This document shows, one piece after another, positions 38,040 through 50,251 of a stretch of DNA of 64,000 bases (position 1 is the first letter of the stretch; each line of letters begins with the position of its first letter). The translations under genes were made by a program, and so were the position numbers. The notes beneath the pieces are model-generated. The model ran no database searches, had not been told where the DNA came from, and was given only the letters and a program-made list of their open reading frames with translations. The stretch lies in assembly GCA_051313645.2 (NCBI GenBank), contig JBNRSN020000012.1, positions 61,566,001-61,630,000 on the forward strand. Reading direction: 5' to 3'. Source of the DNA: Centroscyllium fabricii (lineage: Eukaryota).

Positions 38040-38390
38040 GAGATAAAACGCTCAGAGCTTTAACTGTCAAACAGGCCTTTTCAAATTTTAATTACAAAAT
38101 AAAATGAGTCTGCTCCCTCGGATGGGTTGTGAGTGGTTAAACAGTGCTTCCCAATACCGGCGGTCGTCAAACTCTCTGCTAATTAGCAATGATGAGAAAT
38201 TCCAGTTAACAAGGACATTCTCCTACACTCTGCTGGATCCCCGCTGTTCGCCTTCATTTCCATAAGAAGATTATAGTGGAGGGGACACACTCAAATGCAG
38301 ATGCGAAGCGTTTTTAACAAGCATCATAATAGTCAGATGCTTGGCTAGTTCTCACCCAATTACCGCAAAGTTAAATCTCCATTTGCATCG
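38040..38390. promoter_or_regulatory. Sox2 N2/SRR1 enhancer orthologue
   Basis: GGTCGTCAAACTC..TGCTAATTAGCAATG.TGAGAAATTCCAGTTAACAAGG..CGCCTTCATTTCCATAAGAAGATTA..CACACTCAAATGCAGATGC matches the recalled amniote N2 sequence; ~2.5 kb upstream of the TSS. Confidence 0.8.
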
Positions 38391-40399
38391 AAAGACAAAA
38401 TAAGAAATAGTTCTGTTGAATTCTCCCAATTTTTTTAATCTTTAATTGCATTGTAGTTAAAAGAAATGATTTTCTGAATAAAAAGTAGCCATAAGCAGTT
38501 CGTATATATATATATATATATATAATATTTATTAACTGTTTTTCTAATTGCAAAATTACTTCGCATGTATCAGTTTTATTATTACATGCATCTGTATTCA
38601 CTCAGATCCACTGGGAATATTTTTATTTCAATTAGACTGTTTGTATATCACCATGCATCAGTTATCTATTTATTACCATTATCAATCAAACACTTCACAC
38701 CCACACCCTCCTTCTTTTTTGAACGTTAATTATACGTAAGGTCGTAAAATAATGTTATCAACGAGCAAAGCATAAACAATAGCAGCAAGAAATTGATTTG
38801 AGCGCCCTTTCTATTGTTTGATTAATCATAATTCTCTTGCACCATAAATTAAATAATATGCACTTACTTTTATTCCTTGTAGCTGAACAGAAGTCTAATT
38901 TAAATAGTCGCTTTGAAATAAAGCTGAAATTGAATCAAAAATACAATTCGTTTCAAAGGAGATACTTGCTTTTTAGCTGTTAGCCAATTCACAATAAGGA
39001 TTGATCACAACGCCGCAGCTTTGTATGATAAATGAGTATTTTTTTATTGCTTAATAACGTTTTTCTAAATGGCAGCGAGTAAATGTGGCTCCATTGAAGA
39101 GGTGCTGCCAGCAGACGGCGATATTAACACACGCCAACCACTGCCTGGAACTCTGAGGTCGTTTACAAAGGGAAGTCATTTACAATATAAACGAATAATT
39201 TATTACTATTCTTATAGGTTACAAATTTGTTACGGATAGAGATAACAAGATTTACAAATACGTTTGCATGTGGTACTGTTGCCATAAGGTACAGCTGTTT
39301 ACCCATATATATAAAAACAAATCTAGACTTTGTGGCTATCGAATGTATTCTGGTCAAATTACATACATTATCCTGCTCAACCAAAAGATCAGATCTCTGC
39401 TGTAAGCTGTCAAATTGAACTAACAAACTAACCAACGAAAAAAGATATGCTCAACATGTATCTGACCGTTTTAAATAGCCTGTCGGGTTTTTTTTTAACA
39501 ACAACTTCTTTCGCGGCTGATCGGAAAAATAGTGATCTTTCAAGTACCATAAACACTGAAATACCATTAGTCTTTCTTTTTATTTGTGTTCAAGTGCATT
39601 TTAGTGAAAAGATCCAAACAACGGTGTGGAAGTAAACTTATACCAGTCTTTGTTAGCTACAGTGTACTGACAACAAGAGGAACAAAACTACCTATTTGTA
39701 ATGGACGTGCTAGTCTTTATATTGGCATTGATGTTTTCTCTATTCAAATTCCTACATTCGGACAAAGAAGGCTCGATTAAATTACAATCCATGTGTTAAC
39801 AAAAATCAAGAAAACAAAGCAGAAAATTAAAACAAAATTGTACGATTGCGCGTTCTAAAAACATGTGGATTCGTTCGAAGTACGTTTGGACTTTCAAAAA
39901 AATGTGACTTATGCATCTTGTTCTGACTCAAGAAATGGGAAACTTCAAAACGGGGTAAAGGAAAAACTTCAACAGCAGGATTATAGGTGACTGTTTAAGC
40001 GACTATCCTCATCGATAGATAGGCTTTATTTAGAATTAGAATATCTAGCCATTGAATCGCCGTTACGCAGATATGAAGGATTTATTTAGTTGTTTCAAGA
40101 AACTAAATTATTCATCTTATCCTTCCACCTCTGCGTGTCCGTAAAATGGTCTTGGTTGAAGATTTTAATAGGCAGAAATACACTAGCTGTGTTAGTCATT
40201 TATTTTAATCGCCGTTGATTTTGCTTTATGCCACTAATATATAAATGAGAGGAGCTTATTCTGCGGTGATTTCCACCCCCCTCCTCCCTCTGTGAATACG
40301 GACCGATGCCGTTGCTAAGGGAACTTTTCAGGCTTGAATATAGGACGCGCCAGTTTGTTGTGGAGGGAGGTGGGGAGTGGGGGGTGGGGGAAAGCAAGC

Positions 40400-40820
40400 G
40401 GAGTTTGATTGGCACCGACTGGAGCTGTCACTCAAAGGCCGGCGGGGACAGACACCTGCAGCGGCGGCGCCATTTTCCCCGGCTCGTTCCTCCAAAGAGC
40501 GCGGGTGACGGCTTAATGAGATGCGCGGGCCGCTGATTGGCCGGGCGAGCCCTGTTGTCGGGGAGGGCAGGGGCAGGGGCGGGGGCGAGGGGCGGGGCGC
40601 TGGGCTCGGGCCACGCCCCCCCTCCGCTCGCGCTGCCGCTGAGAGCCGCGCCGAGCCTGCGGGCCCCGCCCCCTTCTATGCAAATCGCAGCGGGCGGCGC
40701 TGTCACTCCGGGGCCGCGCGGCCTCCTGATTGGCTGCCGCGCGGCCATTTATTGTCTGACAGCCCCCATCACATGGATGGTTGTCTATTAACTTGTTCAA
40801 AAAAGTATCAGGAGTTGTCA
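40400..40820 (+). promoter_or_regulatory. sox2 CpG-island promoter and TSS
   Basis: Inverted CCAAT boxes (GATTGG at ~40407, 40535, 40728), several GC boxes, octamer ATGCAAAT at 40678-40685. From 40775, GGATGGTTGTCTATTAACTTGTTCAAAAAAGTATCAGGAGTTGTCA matches the recalled 5' end of human SOX2 mRNA. Confidence 0.9.
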
Positions 40821-41049
40821 GGGTCTCTCTCTCTCTGTCTCTGCTCTCTTTCACTTCACGCTGGAAAGTGCCAGTTCTTGGTCCTATTTAAGTTGCAAGA
40901 GTAACGAAAATATAACAAGTTCCACATTTGTTCCTTACTTTTTTTTTTGGTTTCGGACTGAACAAGAAAAAGTTTTTTACAATTAAAAAATCCCCACCCC
41001 CACCCCCCTCTCTTTTTCTTTAAAAAAAAGCTCTCAGACATCAGGTTGA

Positions 41050-41982
41050 ATGTACAACATGATGGAAACCGATCTCAAACCGCCCGCCCCACAACAAACT
41101 TCGGGGGGAACGGGCAACTCCAACTCGGCGGGAAACAACGCGAAGAACAGTCCCGACAGGGTCAAGAGACCCATGAACGCTTTTATGGTGTGGTCCAGAG
41201 GGCAGCGGCGGAAAATGGCCCAGGAGAACCCCAAAATGCACAACTCGGAGATCAGCAAGCGGCTCGGGGCGGAGTGGAAACTTTTATCCGAGGCCGAGAA
41301 GAGGCCGTTCATCGACGAGGCGAAGCGGCTGCGCGCCCTGCACATGAAGGAGCACCCGGATTATAAATATCGACCCCGGAGAAAAACCAAGACCCTGATG
41401 AAAAAGGACAAGTACACGCTGCCCGGCGGCCTGCTGGCGCCCGGCGCCAATGCCATGAACGCCGGGGTCGGGGTCGGCGTCGGCGCCGGAGTCAATCAGA
41501 GGATGGACGGTTACGCGCACATGAACGGCTGGACGAACGGGGGCTACAGCATGATGCAGGAGCAGCTCGGCTACTCGCAGCACCAGGGCCTGAACGCTCA
41601 CAACGTGGCCCAGATGCAGCAGATGCACCGCTATGACATGAGCGCGCTGCAATACAACTCAATGACCGGCGCTCAGACCTACATGAACGGCTCGCCCACC
41701 TACAGCATGTCCCCAGCCTACACGCAGCAAAGCACAGGTATGGCTCTGGCATCAATGGGGTCGGTGGTTAAGTCCGAGTCGAGCACAAGCCCCCCAGTCA
41801 CCACTCACTCTCGGGGTCCACCGTGTCAGGGGGACCTACGGGACATGATCAGCATGTACCTGCCCGGAGCCGAGGTCCCCGAACCCACCGCTCAGAGTAG
41901 ACTGCACATGCCCCAGCATTACCAGAACGCACCTGTCCCAGGGACGGGCATAAACGGCACACTTCCTCTAACACATATGTAA
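41050..41982 (+). CDS. sox2: Transcription factor SOX2 (SoxB1, HMG box), single exon, 310 aa
   Basis: [12 protein letters not shown] start; [44 protein letters not shown] box; [15 protein letters not shown]; [12 protein letters not shown]; VKSE; [18 protein letters not shown]. UTRs are Sox2-type. Confidence 0.99.
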   Translation: MYNMMETDLKPPAPQQTSGGTGNSNSAGNNAKNSPDRVKRPMNAFMVWSRGQRRKMAQENPKMHNSEISKRLGAEWKLLSEAEKRPFIDEAKRLRALHMKEHPDYKYRPRRKTKTLMKKDKYTLPGGLLAPGANAMNAGVGVGVGAGVNQRMDGYAHMNGWTNGGYSMMQEQLGYSQHQGLNAHNVAQMQQMHRYDMSALQYNSMTGAQTYMNGSPTYSMSPAYTQQSTGMALASMGSVVKSESSTSPPVTTHSRGPPCQGDLRDMISMYLPGAEVPEPTAQSRLHMPQHYQNAPVPGTGINGTLPLTHM

Positions 41983-42908
41983 AACTTGTAAAACAAACAA
42001 AACTCAAAAAATCGGACTTCTTTGGACTATTTTTGTACAGAATAATACATGCAGAAAGAACTTGTATAGAACCATGAGGAGGGGGGGGGGGGAGGGGGGG
42101 AACTTAATACTTAAAACAATTATAGTCCTATGATTCCTTGGTAGAAACTTTGCAAAAAGTTTGCAAAAGTCTTTGCCGGTAATATTTTAGAGCTAGTCTC
42201 GGTTAAGGAAAAAAAAAGTTTTATTATACATGCAACTTTTTTGTACAGTATTTATCAAGAGAAACGGCAATCAAAATGTCCACAGTTTGTAAACTGAGAA
42301 ATTGCCAATTTTTATAACAGTTCGCAAGTGTAAGCTTCTGTACATTTGCTCTTGTTAACATAATGCAGAGAAGGAGGTGGGGGGGGGGGGGGGGGGGGGG
42401 GAGGTAAAGAGTGGCTGGAAATTGGACATTTTAATTGTTTGGGTATTACACAAAAGTGAAGCGATTGAGTCACCGATTTTACGAACTGTTGTGTGGAGTT
42501 TTCACGAAAACGGGCGAAATTGTAGATTGTACTAAAATTTTTTGGTTTTTTTTACTCATTGTTAAAAGCAGCAAAAAAGGCCTGCAGGTCGAAACCCTTG
42601 TTAATTAATTTATAGTCATTTTGTTTTTCATATTTTCATCTTGTTCCGAAACTGAAAACATGAAGTTACTGTGTTTGAATTATTTTCTTATGGTTTGTAA
42701 TATTTCTGTACATTTATTGTGACGATATTTTAAGTTTTCTCATTTTCCGTAGTGTATTGTGCAACTCGGCTCTGTATTATTTGAATCAGTCTGCCGACCA
42801 GTCCATGTATATAACTAACTAATACAGCCTTATAACAGAACATTTCGACCTTACGTTTTTTCCATTATGCAGAGTTTGAGATGAATAAATTTTGCAAATT
42901 TAGACACT
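41983..42908 (+). other. sox2 3' UTR
   Basis: Blocks matching the recalled mammalian UTR: GGACTATTTTTGTACAGA, TAGAGCTAGTCTC, TGTACAGTATTTATC..GGCAATCAAAATGTCCA and TTTTCTTATGGTTTGTAATATTTCTGTA. Confidence 0.85.
42884..42889 (+). terminator. Polyadenylation signal AATAAA
   Basis: Conserved context CATTATGCA.AGTTTGAGAT.AATAAA, followed by a GT-rich tract at ~42911-42938. Confidence 0.85.
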
Positions 42909-44519
42909 TGAGTTCCGTTTGAGTTGTGTAGTTATTTTATTGCTCTCTGCTGTCGAAAACCTTCATTATGCATGCGCAGTTTGGCTAGTAGAGAAACCAA
43001 AACAAAGGTACCTGAATTTGAATGAGTTATAAAGACAATCATGACTTTCTATCTGTTCACAACAGCCTAAATTCTAGCGCGTTGCTGCTTTGTAACTGAA
43101 GTTAGTTCAACCCTTAATACTTTCACTTTGTGTTGTAAAGTGAGCGAGTCTACACCCCTCCCCCCCACAACACTGGCAATAAAAAAAGATCAACTTTTGA
43201 CCTGTTACGGACCTATTAACGTGTGTTGCTTCTGATCAACACGGATCTTAATTCATATTTTAAAAGCGAAGAAGCAAGATAATCAATTAATAATCAGGCC
43301 CGATCTTCGGGTTTGCTACTTGTTGAGCTCAAATAACCAAGCGAAATTGATTTCAGTTTGGAATCTCTAAAATATATTCCACATAGTGTACCAGCAGCAT
43401 TCAGTTCAACAAATTGTATACATTGCGTTTACTTAACAACCTGTCTTTACTAAACGTAAATCTTTATTGGGAATATATTGAGAAAGCGATTTTTGAGAAG
43501 TCTTGTTTTTTTTTTAAAAAGCCCTTATCTTTATATTCGGCAATCAAAAAGACTGCGGGAGAAGTTGCGAAAAGCTGGAAGCTGTGTAGAAGGGCGTGAA
43601 AGAAGCCTTTAGCGGCAGAATGTGGAGTGTTTTTTGTTGCTCTAATCCTGTTTCTGTATTCCCAGCGGGGTTTGGAGATTGACTCTGCACAGTAGCGCAG
43701 TTTGGATAAACTGCGTTAGATATCAACTTTCGGCATCAGTCAAATTCTCGAGGCTTCCAGTAAAGAAAAGAAACACTGACACATGCAGGAAGGTTCTGAA
43801 CTCTTCCCCACCGTGATCCCTGCGTCAATCCTGCATGGTTTGGAACGGTTTGGAGAGAACGCGAATGTTCTCTGCTGCGTCAGACCTAGTTACAATGATG
43901 ATGGTGGTAATTTAACTCTCCGTGTTAATTATGAGCGTACTATTACTGTTCCATTTAAGTAAATTACAGGCCATAGTTTTTGACAATAATTCGACTTTTT
44001 GCTAGCTTACGGTATATACATGCATACAATAAACACCGCGCAGTGCTTAGGGGCTGAAATCATGTGGTCCAATGAAGTTAGCACCGTTTATCACACCCTG
44101 TAGGAATACAAAATAGAATAACAAACATTTCACGGACGTTTCTGCCGACGAACTCTCGGTCTAAATTTCCTATTGAAGTAATGGCATATTGGATTTCCGC
44201 GTTTAATGATGGAAGCTGCGTCTCAATACTTTCAGCTGGAGCAGAGAAACCCAGTCCAAAGCTGAAAATATTTCTCTCGAACAATTTGAGTGAGTGACGA
44301 CCCGTTTCAAAAGTTGGGACAAGTTTTAAAACTGTTGATGGCCAGAGGAGGAGGGGTACAGCTAGTTTGCCATTCTTGAATCTGCCCCACGCGCTTAATA
44401 TTTTGAACTGTTATAACAAAATCCGGATTGCTGGTAAGAAGGGACTAGTAAAAGTTTTACAACTTCTGGAGAGCTGGGAGGAGTTTAGTAACAGGTACAC
44501 ATACACTATTGTCCCTTTT

Positions 44520-44640
44520 TGAAGGCCCTGTTAAACAGAGGCCCGGGCTTCTGCATGGCACCGAAGGAATTTGCAGAATTGCACAGCATGCCTGCTGCAT
44601 ATAGGGATTATTCATGTGGCGATGGCCGCAATTGGCCTCT
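44520..44640. promoter_or_regulatory. Probable orthologue of the Sox2 SRR2 downstream enhancer
   Basis: TGCATATAGGGATTATTCATGTGGCGATG resembles recalled mammalian TGCATATA(C)GGATTATTCACGTGGTAATG; ~3.8 kb downstream of the TSS. Confidence 0.6.
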
Positions 44641-47600
44641 CATGTACATAAGAAAGAACTGTTCTGAATATGGCCTTAAAGGCCCTGCCGTCCATTTGAA
44701 AGGAACAACTTCATAGCTCTGTAACAATTATGACATAAATTATACTTTGGAAAATATGCCTCTTCTACCGCGGACCCAAGTGGTGCCAGTTTCTCAGTTA
44801 AATAGATGTAGGGTTTTGTTTTCCAGCTTTCAATATGAAATCTGAATATCCAATGTGCCCAATATAAATGACGAATGACTAAAGTAACACCGCGATCACC
44901 CCATGTGATGTGTGTTAAACCGCAGCATTAAACAATTGCTCCGTCCAACTTTTTTGACGATCATTTGCGGCTTCCCATCCTTAAGTCAGTTTAAAATTCA
45001 CAGCGGAGTGCGAGTTAGACGCATTTCACCGATAGAATGGGGAGTCCTCTGCCAGCTGAAGATTTCCATGCCATATTATATTCCATGTTTTCCAGGCGAA
45101 TGTAAACTAAACTGCGTTCCGGGGCAAGCGGAAAGGGTAATGTTATATTTGTTGCATTATCCAGCTCGATCAGCCCACCTCGAGAGACGCCGAGACAGAC
45201 TACTGCAGTCAACCGTCTCCAGTGTGTCTTTGCCGGACAGGGTCAGACAGCTTTGGTCAAATTAATTATTGATAAAACCTATAGACGCAATCGTGGTCAG
45301 ACTATTCTGAAGAAGGCTTAACGTCCCACCCACCCCCAAACGATCTTTATCGCCATTTAATCGGCTTGTATGAATGCAAACATAGCATAAACATAGAAAA
45401 TAAAGAGCTTCACAAACGCCAAGTGCATTGTATTTAAATGACTACCTACTGATTAAAAAGTAGCATCTAAAAATATTAATTTATCCTATTAATTATAATT
45501 AATTCTGTGTTATTGGCTAGCATCATATTTTCTCATAATTTTGACATTTATGTTTGTAAAATGGCTCTAATGCATCATAAACAAATATGTTTCGGTATAA
45601 AGCCTGGGTAATTGTTGGGTGAGATTACCTGACAATAATATACGTTGAATGAGAACAGATAAGCTAACGGAATATGAACTAATAATTACAATGCTGAATT
45701 AAATCAGCTAGGGGGTCTCAAACGAGACCTTTGTGTACTGGTCCATTGAGGGTTCCAGCTGACGGCTTTTTGACAGAAAATAGCCTAAAACCTGCACAGT
45801 GCCTCGAAGGGGCAAGCAATGCCGCTTAAGTGGAATTGTGATGGGATTCTCATTTAAAGCTATTACATCGTGACAATTAAACACCGCCTTTATGCTAGCG
45901 AGGTTTAACTTTCAATAACTCGCCAACACTCCGATACAGCCGAAGAGGCGCCATAAATAAAGGCATTTCAGATTGTGGAGACCGGCTCCTCGTCTAAAGA
46001 TTGGAAACGCCAAGAAGATGCAACTTTCGACGCGTCAATAGAGGAACACCTGGAACATCCACGCCGACCCTGAGGGGCTGGGTATGATGCAACAGGTGCC
46101 GCCTTGCAATAAATTCGGAATGCTTCATTGGTTGTGCCCGAACCGCAGAGTTTGGGCTGGAAACCTGAGAGAGTTGCACCTGTAGTGTGCAGCGTGGAAC
46201 ACTGGCCTGCACTTTATAAAAATACTGCCTACCCGGCGAGAAAAAAGACATGTTTTGATTGCAATCGCGTCACTTCTCCAATCAATGATGGGATCTGTTT
46301 TATGTGCAATGCCAACTCTGAATATGTTCTTTAAGTTCTGATTACTGTGTAGTCAAGTCATGAAGGGGGGGGGGGGGGGGGATCTTTACATCTATCATTA
46401 ATTTTACTTTTCTTATCCGGCCCCCAAATTAACATTTGGCGTTAGATTGTCGCCATGCCTAGAAATGTAATTCATCAATTCAACAGACCTCGTCCGTATA
46501 TCTTGTTGGTTAAGTTTAATCTCTTAATTTAACACCGCAGAGAGCTAGCTAAAGAAAACACGGCGCAGACATATTAGCACCACGAACGGAGTGTTGTAGC
46601 GTTCCTCCTTTCTAAACTACATTTGGCAGCTTGTGGGTCCAACTAATTGCTGAATTATAATTGAAATATATGAACGGCCGCCTCCACCCCTAGTATATAC
46701 CTCACCATTCCTTCCTCAATCCACCCGCAGCAGCTGCTGTAGGGGGTTAAAAGAAAATAAAGGAGCGGCATTTCTCGGACTGGTAATCTATATGGCGTTA
46801 CATAAGATATGCCTTGGCTATATTCAGTAAAGCATTTTTATATAAACACTAGAAAGGCATAACAGTGCGAGTCTCTGCAATTGAGGTATTCATTCAAGCA
46901 TTCGTTTGAAAGATTTTTGTTCCTTTTTTTGAGACTCTTGCGGCTACAGTTGAATTGTTCGCCTTAATGTATTTTGCTGCGCCTGTTTTTTTGCGAAACT
47001 AGGAAAGATGAAAAGAGTTGGCGGCCCTATCAGGAGTTTGAGGATGGTCTGCTCTGGTAACGGGGGCAGGTTCACACCCTGACGTCATCGTCCTTTGCGA
47101 GTTGGCTCCCAGTTTCCCACGGCTCAAAATCCAGAATCCACCCCACCCCCAGGAGTTCAAATAAGTTGCCTTTAACGATATCCCATAGCATTTTATAGAT
47201 CGCCCTTCCTGACGCTCTGCATTCATGCAGCCGGACAAACCTCACATACGTAATAATGGATGTAGAAGTTTAACGTGTTGCACCATCGCTCATGTTTAAT
47301 GGGACCTGTCTAAACTTTCTGTTACTTTGAATGTGTCCGCTTCAGTGTTTGTAGTTGTCTGCGTGAATTCCCACAAAGCAAAACAGATTTCTGTTCCAGT
47401 TTTGATTTAAAAAAAGCAATGTGAGTCGCAAGTTTGCAATCGGGGCTGGACTGAAGTGAGCTGTATATCACCAGGCTCACTGCACCACCAGCAAACCTTG
47501 AAGAAAGCGCGTTATGAATGGTCTGAATTGTCCGTGAGGACGCAAGTGGTACATAACAAACTCTATCCTGTGGAGTTTTGTTCATTTTCACGCCAGGCAT

Positions 47601-49974
47601 TCTGCTTTAACCCTCTCTGTTCCACATTTCTTTATTTTTTAATACATTACATCCAGGTTTAATACATTGACTAGTGTAAAGCAATTAGGAATAGCTATTT
47701 TTATTAGCATATTTTAGGATAAAATGTGGATCAACTTAAACTAACTATACAAATCATTGGATACAACTGCACTTCAGTTTGCTAATCTTTTAATCTAATA
47801 GATAATTCCCTTTTTTAATCCGTAACCTGTCGCAGTCACATCTCTAAGTAATTCCCGTTGTACTCTGTCCACGGACTGGGTTGTTTTTTATAAACACGGT
47901 CAACACATCTCAACCACAGCTGAAAGTGACACAACCAGCGTGAATTTCAGTCTTTGCTGGGTGTTGAACATTGCGGTCGTAATCACACTGCTTGCATCGA
48001 TTGAACATTTCAACAAACCTCTGCAGTATTTATTTATTTGTAAAGAATTACTATAGATTGTGAAGTTCTGGGAAGTGAGCGAGGGGCTCTTCAGTTTGCA
48101 CTTTTCGCGATTTATATTTTGCATCTGCGTTTGAAGTTAACGTAAAAATCAAAAGTGACTCTATATGACTATAATTCATGTAAGGGGTATATATATTTGA
48201 ATTCTTGTAAACATGCACACACTGCTAACTTGCAACAATCAGTGGGGAAAGCTGACGGACAGAGAATAACTAGTCCACATTGATATAATTAGAACGCACC
48301 CTACACTGAACAATCATTTCAGTTAGTTAATGCAAAGCGTGTGTATGTTTTATACGTGCTTTGGATTGGTGTGAACTCCCGTGATAACTCCGACGTGTAA
48401 TTTGTGCTGCCGCATTTAAAATGCGTTGAGTTCTCTGTTAAGCTGCAGGGGATGAGTAGAGTTTTCACCTCTTGGACGTTCACATGCAAATCACCGGCTT
48501 CTGACTTCAGTTGCACATTAAACCAGTCAGTCACACAACAAAGCCGCAGCACTGCAAACCCATATAGGCGGCCGCTGCATTTTATTTTATTTATTTTTGA
48601 TTTGACTATAACCTGGTGTTGTGTGACTTGTTACATTTTATTTAAAGTGATAGAAGATGATCAGTGGGGAGGAAAAACCACCACGTATTCAGCACAAAAC
48701 AAATGGGCAAAGAGACTTCAAAAAAGAAAAGCCAGTCATCTTGTGAAAGACTTGAGTTTAATTCGGTGACACTGGGAACATTTGTATTAAATTCGAGGTG
48801 TAACGAGCTGTTAAATGTCTGTTTAGCGTTTTGTGGAATGTTATTTCTTAAGATTTTTTTTTCAAATTACAGAACTTGGAAATAGCTGGCAGATAGAGGG
48901 AAAGTAATTAAGGTATTAAAACAAGCAGTACATTCCTCCAGAGGACGTTATCAACCAGGAACAGACTCAGCATCCCCTCAATATGCTAATATAGGAGGAG
49001 TGACGTCACAGCTACAAGTTTGCCTGCACGCATTGTGGAAACAAAGTGTGAAGTTCTGTAAATAAAATGATGTTTCCCACTCTCACTATAATCATTTAAG
49101 TATAATCTGCAGTGTTTAAGAACGACACTATCCTACTGTTAAGTGATATTTTGCCGCAGTTTGATAGACTGGGATGTAATAGTATTGTTTGACGACTATA
49201 ATTTAAAAACTGAACAAAAAAAAACGGGAATCCAGAATTTAGAACGTAATGAACTTTAAAAAACATATATCATTATTGCAGCGAGAGACCAGGACAGCTG
49301 GGTTTACGCCACATCATTGTACAGAAAATAAACTTTAACTTTGCATTTTGTGTGTCTGAGCAATTCATATCAGGTTCAGAGTAAATTATTGTAATGCACA
49401 AGCTTTCTATTCCAATAATGTTGAATACTTTATCAGCACGCTCATTTTCATTGGGGGTGGGGGGCGGCGAGGGACTGGGCAAGAAATGATCCTGGGTACA
49501 ATAGCGATTAGTTGCGTTTTGTAAATATGAAAATCAGGCTCAATATAACTGCGGTGAGCAGAATGCCTCCACTCGCTCGATGGGCCACTGTCAATTATGT
49601 TACGTTGAATTTAGTTCTGACGTTAATAATGTACAGATATAGCGCCTAACATGTTGTGAATCATCATACGTAATTAACATTCTTTTGTTTTATTCAAAAT
49701 AAAAGCCCAGCCTTGTGATGGAAACCAAAATATGAAGGCAGACTTTCTTTCGATTCGCAATACAACAGTGTCGAACTCCTCCGAAACATTTTCTGATAAT
49801 TTATGAGTTTACTGTTCGAAGGAAGTGAAACCGCAGTTGGTTGCTTTATTTATTTTTCTGTTAGCTGGTCCATCAAGTCCGGTAAAAAAAAAATAAAGCT
49901 TGCCCATTTGGAGCTTTGCAGTTAGGGGTTACATTTTTGGATAGAAGAAATGGAAGAGTGCGCGAATGTTCGCC

Positions 49975-50095
49975 AAAAGCCCATAAACACACCCATTACA
50001 ATAAGGCACCACAAAGCTGACCTGTCACAAAGTTACTGACCAGTTTTATGGCCATCGCCGCTTGATTGATTCATACCGTCATATGGTTCCACACA
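49975..50095. promoter_or_regulatory. Candidate enhancer with a Hox/Cdx, Pbx, Meis and Sox motif cluster
   Basis: CCATAAA 49981, ACAAAG 50011 and 50027, TGACCTGTCA 50018, TTTATGG 50045, TGATTGAT 50063. Confidence 0.45.
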
Positions 50096-50210
50096 CTAAT
50101 CCAATGAATTGAATTTCAAAAACTTCATAACGGCGAGTATCTAATAAACTCGACGTGGGTGTGTTTTCCTCATTATTTCAGTTGATAATTGTTACCAGTC
50201 GAGATGATAG

Positions 50211-50251
50211 TCAGTCACCCCATTAGAATCAGTCACCCCATTAGAATCAGT
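50211..50251. repeat. 18-bp tandem duplication
   Basis: TCAGTCACCCCATTAGAA x2, followed by TCAGT. Confidence 0.9.

Noticed and set aside
40428-41755. Alternative-frame and antisense ORFs around sox2
   Set aside because: Expected from high GC content; no recognisable domains.
41050-41982. Assignment as sox3, sox1 or sox19
   Set aside because: N-terminus, internal motifs, both UTRs and the flanking enhancers all point to sox2.
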